Part shown: in pieces, positions 1-8,748 of the stretch | Layout of the letters: the number at the start of each line of letters is the position of its first letter | How positions within the stretch are numbered: the stretch's first letter is position 1 | DNA from: Acidobacteriota bacterium | GTDB taxonomy: Bacteria; Acidobacteriota; Polarisedimenticolia; J045 | Direction: 5' to 3' | Length of the DNA: 64,000 bases | Assembly (NCBI GenBank): GCA_030949985.1 | Contig: JAUZRX010000063.1 | Coordinates: 6,855-70,854 of the forward strand | Notes under the pieces: generated by a model | Databases searched by the model: none | What the model saw: only the letters and a program-made list of their open reading frames with translations | Told to the model about the DNA's origin: nothing | Made by a program: the position numbers and the translations under genes

Positions 1-1
1 G

Positions 2-652
2 ATCGAATTCCTCCGCGTGCGGCCGGACCACCCTTTCCGCGACGCCCGCTTCACGTTCTTCATCTTCATCCTGATCCCCGTCCAGACCCTCTTCGCCCAC
101 AACTGGCTGACCCTGCCCTACTACCTGGACCGGGCTTTCCGCGGCTCGATGGTCAGCGACTACTTCGAGTTCTTCTCGAACATCAACCCGATCTTGATCT
201 TCGTCCTCGCCCCCATCGTCGCCGGACTGACCAGCCGCGCCAACGTCTACACCATGATGATCGCCGGTACCCTGGTGATGGCCGCCCCGACCTTCCTGCT
301 GGCGCTGGGGCCGATGGTGTTCCCCTTTCTGCTCTATGTCCTGCTGATGTCCATCGGTGAGGCCATGTGGCAACCCCGCTTCCTGCAGTGGATCGCCGAG
401 ATCGCCCCCCCGGACAAAACCGGGCTCTACATGGGTATCGGTCAGTTCCCCTGGTTCCTCACCAAGTTCGGCACGGGGCTCTACTCGGGTTACTTCGTGG
501 AAAAGTTCATTCCGCGCCCGGAAACCGGACTCCCGATGAACACGGGCCTGATGTGGTTGATCTACGCCGGCATCGCCATGATCAGCCCGGTGGCCCTGAT
601 CCTGGCCCGCAACTGGATGGCCAAGGGCATGCGGGAAAAGCACGGGGCCTGA
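2..652 (+). CDS. MFS-type transporter, C-terminal portion (5' end lies outside the window)
   Basis: Frame is open to the window edge. Product is a run of hydrophobic helices (…GEAMWQPRFLQWIAEIAPPDKTGLYMGIGQFPWFL…) typical of major-facilitator permeases. Stop TGA at 650-652. Confidence 0.55.
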   Translation: MEFLRVRPDHPFRDARFTFFIFILIPVQTLFAHNWLTLPYYLDRAFRGSMVSDYFEFFSNINPILIFVLAPIVAGLTSRANVYTMMIAGTLVMAAPTFLLALGPMVFPFLLYVLLMSIGEAMWQPRFLQWIAEIAPPDKTGLYMGIGQFPWFLTKFGTGLYSGYFVEKFIPRPETGLPMNTGLMWLIYAGIAMISPVALILARNWMAKGMREKHGA

Positions 653-685
653 TGAGGCCCCGGAGTCCGGCTTTGCTCACGAATT

Positions 686-761
686 TGGGGTGGGCGATGG
701 GATTTGAACCCACGACATCCTGATCCACAGTCAGGGACTCTACCGCTGAGCTACGCCCACC
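686..761 (-). tRNA. tRNA-His (anticodon GTG)
   Basis: Reverse complement folds as a cloverleaf: acceptor GTGGGCG/CGCCCAC, anticodon stem CCTGA/TCAGG with loop CTGTGGA, T-loop GGTTCAAATCC. Encoded extra G at -1 and 3' CCA, both tRNA-His hallmarks. Confidence 0.85.
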
Positions 762-794
762 ATGTCGCACTACCCCGGGGAAACCGGCGGCCAG

Positions 795-871
795 TGGCGC
801 GCCTGAAGGGATTCGAACCCCTGACCCGCTGCTTAGAAGGCAGCTGCTCTATCCGACTGAGCTACAGGCGC
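795..871 (-). tRNA. tRNA-Arg (anticodon TCT)
   Basis: Reverse complement: acceptor GCGCCTG/CAGGCGC, D-arm GCTC-AGTCGGATA-GAGC, anticodon stem GCTGC/GCAGC with loop CTTCTAA, T-arm AGGGG-TTCGAAT-CCCTT, encoded CCA. Confidence 0.85.
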
Positions 872-989
872 GCAGCCAAAAGCTGCCCGAATCCCTTTCC
901 GGCCGCAGCGCCGCGGCCGGGCCGGCAATCCCCTCGGCCCGCGTACCCTAGCCCGGAGCCCCGAACGGCGCAAGCTCCAAAGGCCCAAG

Positions 990-1065
990 TGGCGCGGCTG
1001 GCAGGAATCGAACCTGCGACACCCAGTTCCGGAGACTGGTGCTCTATCCCCTGAGCTACAGCCGC
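990..1065 (-). tRNA. tRNA-Arg (anticodon CCG)
   Basis: Reverse complement: acceptor GCGGCTG/CAGCCGC, anticodon stem CCAGT/ACTGG with loop CTCCGGA, T-arm GCAGG-TTCGATT-CCTGC, encoded CCA. Confidence 0.85.
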
Positions 1066-1126
1066 GCGAGCCGATGGGCAACAACCGGGCGATGATACCC
1101 ACCCCCGATGATTAGGCAAGCAGGTC

Positions 1127-1684
1127 CTACCAGTGGCGCCTGCGGCCCCTTCCGGCCAACAGGCCGATGAGCACCCCCGCCAGGGCCACCCCGCCACCCC
1201 ACAGCAGCCAGCGCAGGGCCGCCCCACGCCGCAGAATCAGCACCTCGCCGTGGAGCGCGTCGAGTTCCGTCTCGAGCGCCTCGGCATGCTGCTCGGCACC
1301 GGCGCCCTCGCTCTTCAAAGTTGCCAGCTCGTGGGCGAGTCGCTGGTTCTCCGCTTCGAGTTCGGCCACCCGGGACTCGAGGGCCGGCAGCCGCTCCCGG
1401 GCGGCGGGTTCCCGCATCAGGTAGCGGGAGAGCATCCAGCCTTCCTCGCCCCCCGCGGTGCGCACCCTGGTGTAGCCGGTCTCCGGGTCCCGCTCGAGAA
1501 TCTGCACGGCGGCGCCGGAACCGAGCACCTTGACGATGGCGTACTGGGCTCCCTTGCCGGTACGCAGGGTGACCGAGAGCTGGTCGGTCACCCAGCCGGT
1601 GGCGGCGGCCCGAGCCGGCGGCGCCGTCAACAGGGCGGAAGCCAGCAGGAAGACTCCCAGGAGCAGGACGGAAGTTCCTTTCAC
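1127..1684 (-). CDS. SH3b-domain, coiled-coil, C-terminally membrane-anchored protein (YgiM / SH3_and_anchor-like)
   Basis: GTG start with GGGAGG 5 nt upstream. Signal peptide MKGTSVLLLGVFLLASALL, SH3-like segment (GWVTDQLSVTLRTGKGAQYAIVKVLGSGAAVQILERD), heptad coiled coil (ELEAENQRLAHELATLKSE), C-terminal TM helix plus RGRRRHW tail. Confidence 0.7.
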   Translation of the reverse strand: MKGTSVLLLGVFLLASALLTAPPARAAATGWVTDQLSVTLRTGKGAQYAIVKVLGSGAAVQILERDPETGYTRVRTAGGEEGWMLSRYLMREPAARERLPALESRVAELEAENQRLAHELATLKSEGAGAEQHAEALETELDALHGEVLILRRGAALRWLLWGGGVALAGVLIGLLAGRGRRRHW

Positions 1685-1729
1685 GCTGCCTCCCGCCCCC
1701 CCAAACCGGAAACGTCCGGAGGGAAATTG

Positions 1730-1806
1730 TGGTCGGGGCGGCCCGATTTGAACGGGCGACCACCTGCTCCCAAAGCAGGCGCGCTACCAGGCTGCGCTAC
1801 GCCCCG
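1730..1806 (-). tRNA. tRNA-Pro (anticodon TGG)
   Basis: Reverse complement: acceptor CGGGGCG/CGCCCCG, anticodon stem CCTGC/GCAGG with loop TTTGGGA, T-arm GCCCG-TTCAAAT-CGGGC, discriminator A, encoded CCA. Confidence 0.85.
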
Positions 1807-1883
1807 ACGAGCGGGCGGAAACCCGGCAAGGCCCCGCCTCCAGAATTCCGGAATGCTAGCAGGGCCCCCACACCGCTGCCAGA

Positions 1884-2336
1884 TCAGTGGTCGCGACGAT
1901 TCCAGTCGAAGGGAATCTCGTTCACCTCCGGATCCCAGCGCTCTTCGTCGGGATCCCTGGGATCGAAGGCCTGGTCCGAGTAGACCACCACCAGGGCCTC
2001 CATCCCGCCGACGGCCTTGAGCCCGAACCAGACGCCGGGAGGCACGCGCACCCGCAGGGGCCCGTGGAGGCCCAGGAAGAACTCGTTGAGTTCACCGTTG
2101 GTGGGAGAGTCCTCGCGATCATCGCAAAGCCCCAGCCGCACCATGCCCGCCACGCAGGTGATCACGTCGGTGCTGCGCCGGTGCCGATGCCAGGCCTTGA
2201 CCACCCCCGGGTAGAGCGTGGTCAGGTGCACTTGCCCGAAAGCCGGCAGTCCCTCGTCCCGCCGGAAGAGGGGCACCACACGCCCTCTCTCGTCAGGCTT
2301 GACTTCCAGGCGGTCGACTACCACACCCTCGATCAT
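1884..2336 (-). CDS. Cupin-fold sugar epimerase/isomerase-like protein (RmlC/FdtA-like)
   Basis: 150-aa ORF with ATG start. Motifs KAWHRHRRSTDVITCVAG…VRVPPGVWFG resemble dTDP-sugar epimerase/ketoisomerase cupins. Assignment rests on motif memory only. Confidence 0.5.
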   Translation of the reverse strand: MIEGVVVDRLEVKPDERGRVVPLFRRDEGLPAFGQVHLTTLYPGVVKAWHRHRRSTDVITCVAGMVRLGLCDDREDSPTNGELNEFFLGLHGPLRVRVPPGVWFGLKAVGGMEALVVVYSDQAFDPRDPDEERWDPEVNEIPFDWNRRDH

Positions 2337-2498
2337 CGGGCCTCCCTCGCCGACCCACGCCCGGGCCGGGGGCTCACCCTAACCTCTCCTCCCACCGGCG
2401 ATCAACACGCACGGGCGACGGGGTGTACACTCCGCGGGCCTTTTTCGCGCGCGGCAGGTAGTGGCCGCGCCGCGCCGGCCATCGGAGACGGGAAGAAC

Positions 2499-3575
2499 AT
2501 GGATATCGGTTTGTGTGGCCTGCCGCGCAGCGGCAAGACGACGCTCTGGAAGATTCTCACCGGCCAGGAGGTCCCCCCCGGCGCCCGCCCGGAGACCCGG
2601 CGCGGAGTGACCCGGGTCCCCGACCCGCGCCTCGATCGCCTCGCGGCTCTCTTCAAGCCCCGCAAGACCACTCCGGCCACGGTGACCTACGTCGACCTGG
2701 CGCCCATGGAAAAGGGCTCCGGCCGGGCCGACAACCCGATCCTGGGAGAGTTGAGAAAGTCCGAGGCCCTGCTGGTCGTCCTCCGGGCCTGGGACGATCC
2801 GGCAGACCCTCATCCGGAAGGGAGTATCGACCCCTCCCGCGATCTCGACTCCCTCGAGACCGAGTTCCTGCTCGCCGACATGGACGTGGCCCAGCGCCGT
2901 CTCGAGCGCCTGGAAGGCATCATCGCCAAGGCCAACCGCGAGGAGGACCGGAGGGAAAAAGAGCTGCTGAGCCGGGTGCTGGCGATCCTGGAAGAGGAGC
3001 GCCCCCTGCGGGAAACCGCCTTCAGCCCCGAAGAACTCAAGACCCTGCGAGGTTACGCCTTTCTCAGCGCCCGCCCGCTGCTGGTGGCGGTCAACCTCCC
3101 CGAGGACCGCACCAGCGAGCTGGGTGCCGGTCCGGAGGCCTTCGGCCTCGAGCGCCTCGCCGGCCGTCCAGGATGTGACTTCGTCGCCCTGTCGGCCCGC
3201 ATCGAGGAGGAAATCGCCGCCCTCGACGAAGAGGACGCCCGCGCCTTCCGGGAGGATCTCGGCATCACCGAGCCGGCCCTCGACCGGCTGATCCGCGCCA
3301 GTTACCGGCTGCTCGGCCTGATCTCCTTCTTCACCGTGGGCGAGGACGAATGCCGAGCCTGGACCATCCGCCAGGGCACCCTGGCCCGGTCGGCGGCCGG
3401 GGCGATCCACACCGACCTCGAGAAGGGCTTCATCCGCGCTGAGACGCTCAACTGGGAGGAGTTGCTCGAAGCCGGCTCTCTGGCGGCGGCCCGGGAGCGG
3501 GGGGTGCTGCGGCTGGAAGGCAAGGACTACCAGGTCCAGGACGGCGATGTCATGCACATCCGCCACTCTTCGTAG
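2499..3575 (+). CDS. ychF: Ribosome-binding ATPase YchF (Obg-family GTPase)
   Basis: MDIGLCGLPRSGKTTLWKILTG (P-loop), coiled-coil insert, C-terminal TGS domain …LEGKDYQVQDGDVMHIRHSS. About 358 aa. ATG at 2499. Confidence 0.9.
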   Translation: MDIGLCGLPRSGKTTLWKILTGQEVPPGARPETRRGVTRVPDPRLDRLAALFKPRKTTPATVTYVDLAPMEKGSGRADNPILGELRKSEALLVVLRAWDDPADPHPEGSIDPSRDLDSLETEFLLADMDVAQRRLERLEGIIAKANREEDRREKELLSRVLAILEEERPLRETAFSPEELKTLRGYAFLSARPLLVAVNLPEDRTSELGAGPEAFGLERLAGRPGCDFVALSARIEEEIAALDEEDARAFREDLGITEPALDRLIRASYRLLGLISFFTVGEDECRAWTIRQGTLARSAAGAIHTDLEKGFIRAETLNWEELLEAGSLAAARERGVLRLEGKDYQVQDGDVMHIRHSS

Positions 3576-4938
3576 CGGCGACGAGAGCATCGACCACGAT
3601 CCCCGCTTCCCCGTCGAGGAGGGTCCGGGGATCGATCACCACCCGGCCATCCTCGATCCGGGCCACCACCGGCGGATCGTGCCGCCGCAGGCCGGCGAGC
3701 AGTCGCGTCTCGCTCACACCCCCGACGCCCACCCCGACCAGCCAGGTGGGCAGGCCGGCTCCTGGCGCCGAACCGCCACCGACGCACGAAGTGCCCCGGA
3801 CCACCTGGATCTCCGCCGCCGGCAGCCGCCGTCGCAGGCGACGGGCCAGGGCGTCCGCCCGGCGGCGGAGGGCCCCGGCGTCGACACTGAGCATGCGGGC
3901 CGTGGGAATCGCCGTCTCGGGCAGGCCGGACATCCACTCCCGGAGGGTGGCGGTCAACGCCGCAAGGGTCATCTTGTCGGGCCGCAGGGCCCGGGCCAGC
4001 GGATTGCGGGCGCAGGCCGCCACGATCTCGCGACGACCGACCAGAATCCCCGCCTGGGGCCCCCCGAGCATCTTGTCGCCGGAAAAGCAGACCAGGTCCA
4101 CGCCCTGCTCGAGGAGTCGCTCCACCGAGGGGTCGCCCGCGGGAGCCGCGCAGCGCTCCAGGAGGCGGCCGCAACCCTGGTCCGCCACCACCGGCACACC
4201 GGCTTCCCCGGCCAGCGCCACCAGCTCGGGAACATGGACCTCCCGGGTGAAGCCGACGACCTCGTAGTTGCTCGGCCAGACCTTGAGAATCATCGCGGTC
4301 TGCGGGCCCAGCACCCGGCGGTAGTCCTCCGGGTGAGTGCGGTTGGTGGTACCAACCTCCACCAACGTCGCCCCCGACCGCTCGAGGATTTCGGGGATGC
4401 GGAACGATCCGCCGATTTCGATCAGCTCACCCCGGGAAATGGGCACTTCCCGTCCCAGGGCCAGGGTGTTGAGAGCCAGCAACACCGCGGCGGCGTTGTT
4501 GTTGACCACCAGCGCATCGAAACCCGGAAAGAGCCTCTCCAGCCAGCGGGCCGGATGACTGCCTCGCCGCCCCCTCCGCCCCTTTTCGAGGTCGTACTCG
4601 AGATCGCAGTAGTGGGCGGCGACCCGGGCGACGGCGCGAACCGCGGAAGCCGACAGGGGAGCGCGCCCCAGGTTGGTGTGCAGCACCACGCCGGTGGCAT
4701 TGACCACGGCTCTCGGCCGGTCGACCTCCAGTTCGGCCAGGCGTTCGAGGACCCCCGCCACGATCGCGTCGGACGACGCGGAATCGCTCCGGCCCGTTGC
4801 GATCCGCTCCCGGCAGGCTCGCACCTGTTCGCGGAGCAGCGAGACCACCAGGCCGCGCTGCCAGCGCTTGAGCGCGGGCGCCAGGGCCTCGGCGGCCAGC
4901 AGCCGATCGATGGCGGGGACTTTTTGCCGTGGGTCCAT
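3550..4938 (-). CDS. selA: L-seryl-tRNA(Sec) selenium transferase SelA
   Basis: Internal ATG (MDPRQKVPAIDRLL…) chosen inside the 633-aa ORF. PLP-fold motifs, FSGDKMLGGPQAGILVGRREIV, about 463 aa. Converges on ychF with a 26-nt overlap. Confidence 0.85.
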   Translation of the reverse strand: MDPRQKVPAIDRLLAAEALAPALKRWQRGLVVSLLREQVRACRERIATGRSDSASSDAIVAGVLERLAELEVDRPRAVVNATGVVLHTNLGRAPLSASAVRAVARVAAHYCDLEYDLEKGRRGRRGSHPARWLERLFPGFDALVVNNNAAAVLLALNTLALGREVPISRGELIEIGGSFRIPEILERSGATLVEVGTTNRTHPEDYRRVLGPQTAMILKVWPSNYEVVGFTREVHVPELVALAGEAGVPVVADQGCGRLLERCAAPAGDPSVERLLEQGVDLVCFSGDKMLGGPQAGILVGRREIVAACARNPLARALRPDKMTLAALTATLREWMSGLPETAIPTARMLSVDAGALRRRADALARRLRRRLPAAEIQVVRGTSCVGGGSAPGAGLPTWLVGVGVGGVSETRLLAGLRRHDPPVVARIEDGRVVIDPRTLLDGEAGIVVDALVAATKSGGCA

Positions 4939-5097
4939 GCTCGAGCGATCTCCTGGAGACGGGGCGCCCGCAACGGTCGGGCGGCGGCTCCATTGTCGTG
5001 GCCCCCGTCTTCCCTCACAAGGGCACCGCTGGCCTGCGAGTCCCCGGAGCACCATCTTGGAGGTAAGGCGCCCACCCCGAGCGCGCCGGGGAACTCG

Positions 5098-5700
5098 ATG
5101 GCCGATACCCTCTTCACGCCCACGGAAGTGACCGCCGACCTGACGGCGCTCGAAAAACTGCTCCGGCGCGTTGCCATCGAGTGGGAGATGTTCATCAACC
5201 AGTCGGTCCCATGGCCGCCCCATCAGCGGCAGGCGGAGATCGAGGCGATCATCCGCCACTACCTCAAGACCCCGCCACGACGCACGGCCGACCGTTTCCG
5301 CTTCAACACCCTGGTCCACCGCTACCGCACGAGTTGCGAACTCTGGGCGCGACGAGTCCGCCGCAGGGAGGCTTCCGGCCAGGGCCCGCGACAGCGCGGC
5401 AGAAGGGGCCGGGGCGCGGAACAGGAACCGACCCGGGCCCGGGTGCTCCACCAGGTGCGGACACGCGAAGGCAAGACCAGCGGGGACCAGATGCGGGACC
5501 TCTACCGCGCTTTCCGGGATGCCCGGCGGGCCCGGGGTCAGGCGGTTTCCCGCCTGGCCTACCGGGACTTCGTCCGGCGCATCGACAAGAATCTTCAGCA
5601 GGCTCGACGCCGGGTCGGGGGGCGCGACCTGGAGTTGCGGGTCGACGAGGTCGGTGGCAAGGTGAGAATCACGGTACGCCCGGCCCGCGACGAGTCCTGA
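5098..5700 (+). CDS. Hypothetical protein (Arg-rich C-terminal half)
   Basis: ATG at 5098 in the tail of a long spurious frame. N-terminal 100 aa look protein-like (…EKLLRRVAIEWEMFINQSVPWPPHQRQAEIEAIIRHYLK…); the rest is R-rich and could be a GC artefact. Confidence 0.35.
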   Translation: MADTLFTPTEVTADLTALEKLLRRVAIEWEMFINQSVPWPPHQRQAEIEAIIRHYLKTPPRRTADRFRFNTLVHRYRTSCELWARRVRRREASGQGPRQRGRRGRGAEQEPTRARVLHQVRTREGKTSGDQMRDLYRAFRDARRARGQAVSRLAYRDFVRRIDKNLQQARRRVGGRDLELRVDEVGGKVRITVRPARDES

Positions 5701-5736
5701 CGCCCCGATCGCCCGGCGTGGCCCGAGGGAGGTTCG

Positions 5737-6384
5737 ATGCGCCGCTTCTCGATGACGGTTCTGGTCCTATGCACGGCGGTGATGCTCGTCGCGCCCCTGG
5801 CGGAAGCCAGCCGCAGCGGCAAGAAGAAAAAGAAGTCCCGGCGCGCCAGGGCCGAACAGACCATGACCTTCGAGAGCGAGTTGCTGGCCCAGGTGCCCGC
5901 GGTGGCCGCAGCACTGGCCTACCTCGAGGACAACCCGGACGCGCCCGCCGCCTGGCAGGCCCTCGGCGAGGCCCTGACCGAATTCGGAGCCTATCCGGAC
6001 GCCGCGACCGCGTTCGAGCGCGGCCTGGAACTCGATCCCCGGAACGCAGCGCTGTGGGTCGACCTGGGCGCGGCCCAGATCCGCGCCGAGAATCACCGCA
6101 AGGGGCTCAAGGCCCTCTCCCGCGCCCTGAAAATCGAGCCCTTCCTGGCCCTGGCCCACTACAACTCGGGCGTTGCCTACAGGGCGCTGGGACGCTGGGA
6201 AGAGGCGATGGACGCCTTCGAAAAGGCCCTGCTGCTCAATCCGGACCTGGGCGATCCCACCAAGAACCCGGGAGCGATCAACACCCCGGAGATGGGCCTG
6301 GTCAAGCTGCGGGTGTTCATGAAGACCTCGGGCGCGGCGCCCGCCCTTTTGACCGGCCAGGACCCGAAACGCTCGAAGAAGTAG
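5737..6384 (+). CDS. Secreted TPR-repeat protein
   Basis: GGGAGG RBS. Signal peptide MRRFSMTVLVLCTAVMLVAPLAEA, lysine-rich KKKKKSRRAR stretch, then three or four TPR units (…AWQALGEALTEFGAYPDAATAFERGLELDPRNAALWVDLG…). Confidence 0.8.
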   Translation: MRRFSMTVLVLCTAVMLVAPLAEASRSGKKKKKSRRARAEQTMTFESELLAQVPAVAAALAYLEDNPDAPAAWQALGEALTEFGAYPDAATAFERGLELDPRNAALWVDLGAAQIRAENHRKGLKALSRALKIEPFLALAHYNSGVAYRALGRWEEAMDAFEKALLLNPDLGDPTKNPGAINTPEMGLVKLRVFMKTSGAAPALLTGQDPKRSKK

Positions 6385-6399
6385 CCCCGGCCCCGGGGC
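6384..6399. terminator. Bidirectional GC hairpin between convergent genes (GCCCCGG-CC-CCGGGGC)
   Basis: Perfect inverted repeat in the 16-nt gap between the TPR gene stop and the tetR stop. No U-tract, so its function is inferred. Confidence 0.35.
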
Positions 6400-6400
6400 C

Positions 6401-6976
6401 TCACTCTTCCCGGCGGGCCAGGCCGAACTCCAGCAGATCCAGCAGGGCCTCGAGTTGAGGGCTGCCTTCCCGCTGGTAGGCCTCCTGCATCTCCACGTGT
6501 CGCACCAGTGCCTGGATCGCCGTGCTGGCGACCCTGGGGTCGGGCAGAACCCGCACACAGCCCTGTTCGACGCCCTTGGCGAGAACCTGCTCGAAAAGAG
6601 TCAACTCCTGGCCGTGAAACGGTCGCACTTCCGACGAGACGATCATCTTGATCTCTTCGAGCACGTCCTCGGAAACGCCCATCTCCTGCCGGCGGCGCCG
6701 GAGGACGGCGATCTTGGCCCGGATCGCGGCCCGAAGAGCCCTGCAGGCATCCGCTTCGCCATGGGCCGCCGCCGTCATCTGCTCGATGATGAAGGCCTCT
6801 TCCTGGGAGACGACGGCATCGAACATCTCCTTCTTGCCGCCGGGAACATGGTAGTACAGCGCCCCCTTGACGACTCCCAGTTCCTCGGCGATAGCAGCAA
6901 GGGAGGTCTGACGATAACCGGCGCGCGCGAAGTGCTTGCGCGCGGTCTCCAGGATCTGCTCTCTCGTCACTTTCAT
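6401..6976 (-). CDS. TetR/AcrR-family transcriptional regulator
   Basis: N-terminal HTH (ILETARKHFARAGYRQTSLAAIAEELGVVKGALYYHVPGGKKEMF). Start taken at the second ATG (MKVTREQ), which has AGGGGA upstream; the ORF could extend to 6985. Confidence 0.85.
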   Translation of the reverse strand: MKVTREQILETARKHFARAGYRQTSLAAIAEELGVVKGALYYHVPGGKKEMFDAVVSQEEAFIIEQMTAAAHGEADACRALRAAIRAKIAVLRRRRQEMGVSEDVLEEIKMIVSSEVRPFHGQELTLFEQVLAKGVEQGCVRVLPDPRVASTAIQALVRHVEMQEAYQREGSPQLEALLDLLEFGLARREE

Positions 6977-7071
6977 CGCTGGCATCCCCTGTCGAAGGGC
7001 CCTCTCGCCTGTGCTCCGGAATTCAGCCTATTCTACCCAAGCCGGACCCCCGGCGGGCAGGGCCCCGTCCA

Positions 7072-8529
7072 TCAGGCTCGGGAAAGATCGTCGAGGACTG
7101 CAGCGAGCAGCCTCCAGAATTTCTGCACCGAGGAGATCTGCACGCGCTCGCCGGGGGCGTGCGCACCTTTGATCTCGGGTCCGAAAGAGATCATGTCCAT
7201 CCCCGGAACCCGTTCACCGATCAGCCCGCACTCGAGGCCGGCATGAATCGCCGTGACCTCCGGCGTAGAGCCGAAGAGCCGGGCGGAGGCCTCGCGGGTG
7301 ACCTTCAGCACGGGGGAGTCCAGGTTCGGCTTCCAGCCCGGGTAACCGCCGTGCTCATGGACCTCGGCACCGGCCAGGGCGCCGACGGCCCGCAAGCCGG
7401 CCAGCACCTCGGCGAGCGCCGGAGCGTTCGAAGAGCGCGAACAGGAAACCGTCCGGACCGTCTCGCCGTCGGTGGTCACGACGCCGAGATTCGTCGACGT
7501 CTCCACCAGGCCCGGGATGTCCTGGCTCATGGCCACCACACCGCTGGGCGTGGCCAGCAGCAGGTCGATCAGGCGCCGGCTGAAGTCGGCGGAGAATGCC
7601 GGCGCAGCGGAGGCCGGTGTCAGGTCGACGGTCAAACCATCGTCCAGGCCCCGGTACTGTTCGCGCAGGTCGGCGCCCACCTCGTCCACCGCCTTCCGGA
7701 CGACGCCCTCCGCCGCGGCATCCACGAGCACCACGGCCTCGGACTCCCGGGGGATCGCGTTGCGCTTGCTCCCGCCGCCGATCGCCACCACCCGCAGGGT
7801 GGTCTCGGCGGAGGCGCGGCCGAGCACGCGGGCCAGGGCGCGGATCGAGTTGAGCCGGTTGCGGTTGATGTCCAGGCCGGAGTGCCCGCCCTTGAGCCCC
7901 GCCACGCGGATCTGCCAGGCCGTCGCCGCGCCCGGATCCTCCCGGCTGCCGCTGAGAGCCATTTTCGTGTCGCAGCCCCCCGCGCAACCGGCGAAGAGAA
8001 CGCCGTCTTCCTCGGAGTCCAGGTTGAGCATGATCCGGGCCCGCAGGATGGAAGGATCGAGCCCGATCGCCCCGGTCATGCCCGTCTCTTCATCGATGGT
8101 CATCAGCAGGTCGAGGGGCCCGTGAAGCACTTCCGGATCTTCGGCGGCGGCCATGCCCGCGGCCACACCGATGCCGTTGTCGGCCCCGAGCGTGGTGCCC
8201 ACCGCGCGGATCCAGTCGCCGTCACGCTCCACCTGGAGCCGGCCGACCTCCGCGTCGTTGGGGCTGTCCGAGTCCCGCTCGCAGACCATGTCGAGATGGC
8301 CCTGGATGGCGACGGCGGGGGCGGACTCGCGGCCGGGAGAAGCCGGCACGTGGACACAGAGATTGCCCGTGGCATCGCGCTTGACTTCGAAGCCATGCTC
8401 GGCCGCCCAGGCCTCCACGTAGGCCGCCATCTTCTCTTCTTTGCCGGAGGGACGCGCGATGCGGGTCATCGCGGCGAAGTGCTTCCATACTCGCGCAGGC
8501 TCGAGTCCCGCGAACGGATCGGCGCTCAT
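7072..8529 (-). CDS. pepD: Aminoacyl-histidine dipeptidase PepD (M20C Xaa-His dipeptidase)
   Basis: 485 aa. HLDMVCE, GADNGIGVA and TIDEETGMTGA metal-ligand motifs, end-to-end PepD-like. Confidence 0.85.
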   Translation of the reverse strand: MSADPFAGLEPARVWKHFAAMTRIARPSGKEEKMAAYVEAWAAEHGFEVKRDATGNLCVHVPASPGRESAPAVAIQGHLDMVCERDSDSPNDAEVGRLQVERDGDWIRAVGTTLGADNGIGVAAGMAAAEDPEVLHGPLDLLMTIDEETGMTGAIGLDPSILRARIMLNLDSEEDGVLFAGCAGGCDTKMALSGSREDPGAATAWQIRVAGLKGGHSGLDINRNRLNSIRALARVLGRASAETTLRVVAIGGGSKRNAIPRESEAVVLVDAAAEGVVRKAVDEVGADLREQYRGLDDGLTVDLTPASAAPAFSADFSRRLIDLLLATPSGVVAMSQDIPGLVETSTNLGVVTTDGETVRTVSCSRSSNAPALAEVLAGLRAVGALAGAEVHEHGGYPGWKPNLDSPVLKVTREASARLFGSTPEVTAIHAGLECGLIGERVPGMDMISFGPEIKGAHAPGERVQISSVQKFWRLLAAVLDDLSRA

Positions 8530-8748
8530 CTTCCACTCTCCATGAAGTACACGTCTCGTTCACCACGCAGCCGGCGGGCTCGAGCGTGAACCGAGATTCT
8601 ACCCTGCTCCCGCCCCCGGCGCCGTCCCCGCCGATGGCACGCGGGGCGCCGGCAAGAGATGCGGAGGCGGGGCGTAAGGGGGCGTAAGATAACGCGGAGC
8701 TGGACGTACGCGTTCACCCGGGCGGAGCGCCCGGCCGAGGAGATCCCG

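Noticed and set aside
1133-2020. 295-aa plus-strand ORF and several minus-strand ORFs (582-770, 833-1102, 862-1227, 1056-1763) crossing the tRNA cluster
   Set aside because: They run straight through four canonical tRNA genes and the SH3b gene, and have low-complexity R/P/G-rich translations.
3547-5700. 717-aa plus-strand ORF spanning the selA antisense region
   Set aside because: Most of it is antisense to selA with junk composition. Only the tail from ATG 5098 was kept as a low-confidence hypothetical.
5181-6458. 425-aa plus-strand ORF overlapping the TPR gene and the tetR antisense region
   Set aside because: Pro/Gly/Arg-rich with no domains. It overlaps a well-supported TPR gene in another frame.
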